Assembly: GCA_964016885.1 (NCBI GenBank)
Contig: OZ024740.1
Coordinates: forward strand, 107,508,001 to 107,572,000
From: Eledone cirrhosa
Lineage: Eukaryota
Length of the DNA stretch: 64,000 nucleotides
Reading direction: 5' to 3'
Below are positions 62,701 to 64,000 of the stretch, piece by piece. The notes under the pieces are model-generated. The model had not been told where the DNA came from. It was given only the letters and a program-made list of their open reading frames with translations, and ran no database searches. Position 1 is the first letter of the stretch, and the number at the start of each line of letters is the position of its first letter. The position numbers and the translations under genes are program-made.

Positions 62701-64000
62701 GAGTAATGAATGTTGTGAAGAGAAATGGAATAAGATGGTTGGGCCATGTATTGAGGAAAAATGACAGTGGCTGGGTGAGAGGAGTAATGAATGTTGTGAA
62801 GAGAAATGGAATAAGATGGTTGGGCCATGTATTGAGGAAAAATGACAGTGGCTGGGTGAGAGGAGTAATGAATGTTGTGAAGAGAAATGGAATAAGATGG
62901 TTGGGCCATGTATTGAGGAAAAATGACAGTGGCTGGGTGAGAGGAGTAATGAATGTTGTGAAGAGAAATGGAATAAGATGGTTGGGCCATGTATTGAGGA
63001 AAGATGACAGTGGCTGGGTGAGAGGAGTAATGAATGTTGTGAAGAGAAATGGAATAAGATGGTTGGGCCATGTATTGAGGAAAAATGACAGTGGCTGGGT
63101 GAGAGGAGTAGAGCCAGTAATGAATGTTGTGAAGAGAAATGGAATAAGATGGTTGGATCATGTATTGAGGAAAGATGACAGTGGCTGGGTGAGAGGAGTA
63201 GAGCCAGTAATGAATGTTGTGAAGAGAAATGGAATAAGATGGTTGGGCCATGTATTGAGGAAAGATGACAGTGGCTGGGTGAGAGGAGTAGAGCCAGTAA
63301 TGAATGTTGTGAAGAGAAATGGAATAAGATGGTTGGGCCATGTATTGAGGAAAGATGACAGTGGCTGGGTGAGAGGAGTAGAGCCAGTAATGAATGTTGT
63401 GAAGAGAAATGGAATAAGATGGTTGGGCCATGTATTGAGGAAAGATGACAGTGGCTGGGTGAGAGGAGTAGAGCCAGTAATGAATGTTGTGAAGAGAAAT
63501 GGAATAAGATGGTTGGGCCATGTATTGAGGAAAGATGACAGTGGCTGGGTGAGAGGAGTAGAGCCAGTAATGAATGTTGTGAAGAGAAATGGAATAAGAT
63601 GGTTGGGCCATGTATTGAGGAAAAATGACAGTGGCTGGGTGAGAGGAGTAGAGCCAGTAATGAATGTTGTGAAGAGAAATGGAATAAGATGGTTGGGCCA
63701 TGTATTGAGGAAAAATGACAGTGGCTGGGTGAGAGGAGTAGAGCCAGTAATGAATGTTGTGAAGAGAAATGGAATAAGATGGTTGGGCCATGTATTGAGG
63801 AAAGATGACAGTGGCTGGGTGAGAGGAGTAGAGCCAGTAATGAATGTTGTGAAGAGAAATGGAATAAGATGGTTGGGCCATGTATTGAGGAAAAATGACA
63901 GTGGCTGGGTGAGAGGAGTAGAGCCAGTAATGAATGTTGTGAAGAGAAATGGAATAAGATGGTTGGGCCATGTATTGAGGAAAGATGACAGTGGCTGGGT

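Larger units (their letters stand above)
51350..63050 (+). repeat. Low-diversity domain enriched in 81-bp AAAAAT monomers interleaved with 90-bp monomers, many carrying GTGAGTGGA
   Basis: Most rare variants seen further left disappear. From about 57000 to 60700 the pattern is 1-4 81-bp units followed by 1-2 GAGTGG 90-bp units. Limits are approximate. Confidence 0.88.
470..64000 (+). repeat. LINE-derived 90-bp tandem satellite array with an 81-bp deletion variant, head-to-tail, open at the right edge
   Basis: The 90/81-bp periodicity is directly visible throughout, in a single orientation with no spacer or foreign insertion. Most units differ from the consensus by only 0-3 substitutions. Consensus composition is G34 A30 T20 C6, with no CpG. 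The strand given is the LINE sense strand. Confidence 0.99.

Noticed and set aside
432-63971. Very long minus-strand ORFs (MAQPSYSISLHNIHY..., SSQHSLLALLL..., TWPNHLIPF..., up to 4248 aa)
   Set aside because: The C-poor + strand consensus contains no TTA, CTA or TCA, so all three reverse frames are automatically open. They overlap each other, have no unique domains, and end wherever a GAGCTA or GAGTCA-type variant occurs.
470-64000. CRISPR array or other repeat-spacer or variable-cassette system
   Set aside because: There are no unique spacers and no cas or other genes. Variation is limited to point variants and one 9-bp deletion, inherited in duplicated blocks as expected for satellite evolution.
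470-64000. Canonical telomeric repeats, CENP-B box or strong three-tier G-quadruplex
   Set aside because: There are no TTAGGG/TTAGG arrays. The consensus lacks the CpGs needed for a CENP-B box. There are only two widely spaced GGG tracts per monomer.
1-64000. Assigning a host species or a named satellite family
   Set aside because: The RTE-like sequence and CpG loss suggest an animal with TE methylation, but a name cannot be supported without a database search.

Overview
The window looks like animal-type genomic DNA and contains no intact gene. About 99% of it (470-64000, continuing past the right edge) is one head-to-tail satellite array. The monomer is 90 bp, consensus GGAGTAGAGCCAGTAATGAATGTTGTGAAGAGAAATGGAATAAGATGGTTGGGCCATGTATTGAGGAAAGATGACAGTGGCTGGGTGAGA, with a frequent 81-bp variant lacking 9 bp; there are roughly 710-725 units, estimated from length. 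The window captures the array's left edge and apparent origin. The monomer translates to GVEPVMNVVKRNGIRWLGHVLRKDDSGWVR, which resembles the R-W-(F/L)-G-H-V-x-R segment at the C-terminus of RTE-clade LINE ORF2. The unique DNA immediately upstream (about 293-469) is the decayed, collinear continuation of the same ORF2 (KVYDACVTSDMIYRSKTW...MVQWM). The satellite therefore appears to have expanded in place from 30 codons of a dead LINE. Variant monomers form nested higher-order repeats (261, 270, 540, 693, 891 and 1521 bp, plus a block recurring every 5.9-8.9 kb) and regional domains. A separate, degenerate 48-bp minisatellite lies at 1-266. The giant ORFs in the track result from a stop-free, triplet-length monomer and are not called as genes. 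The family assignment comes from motif recognition only; no database search was run.
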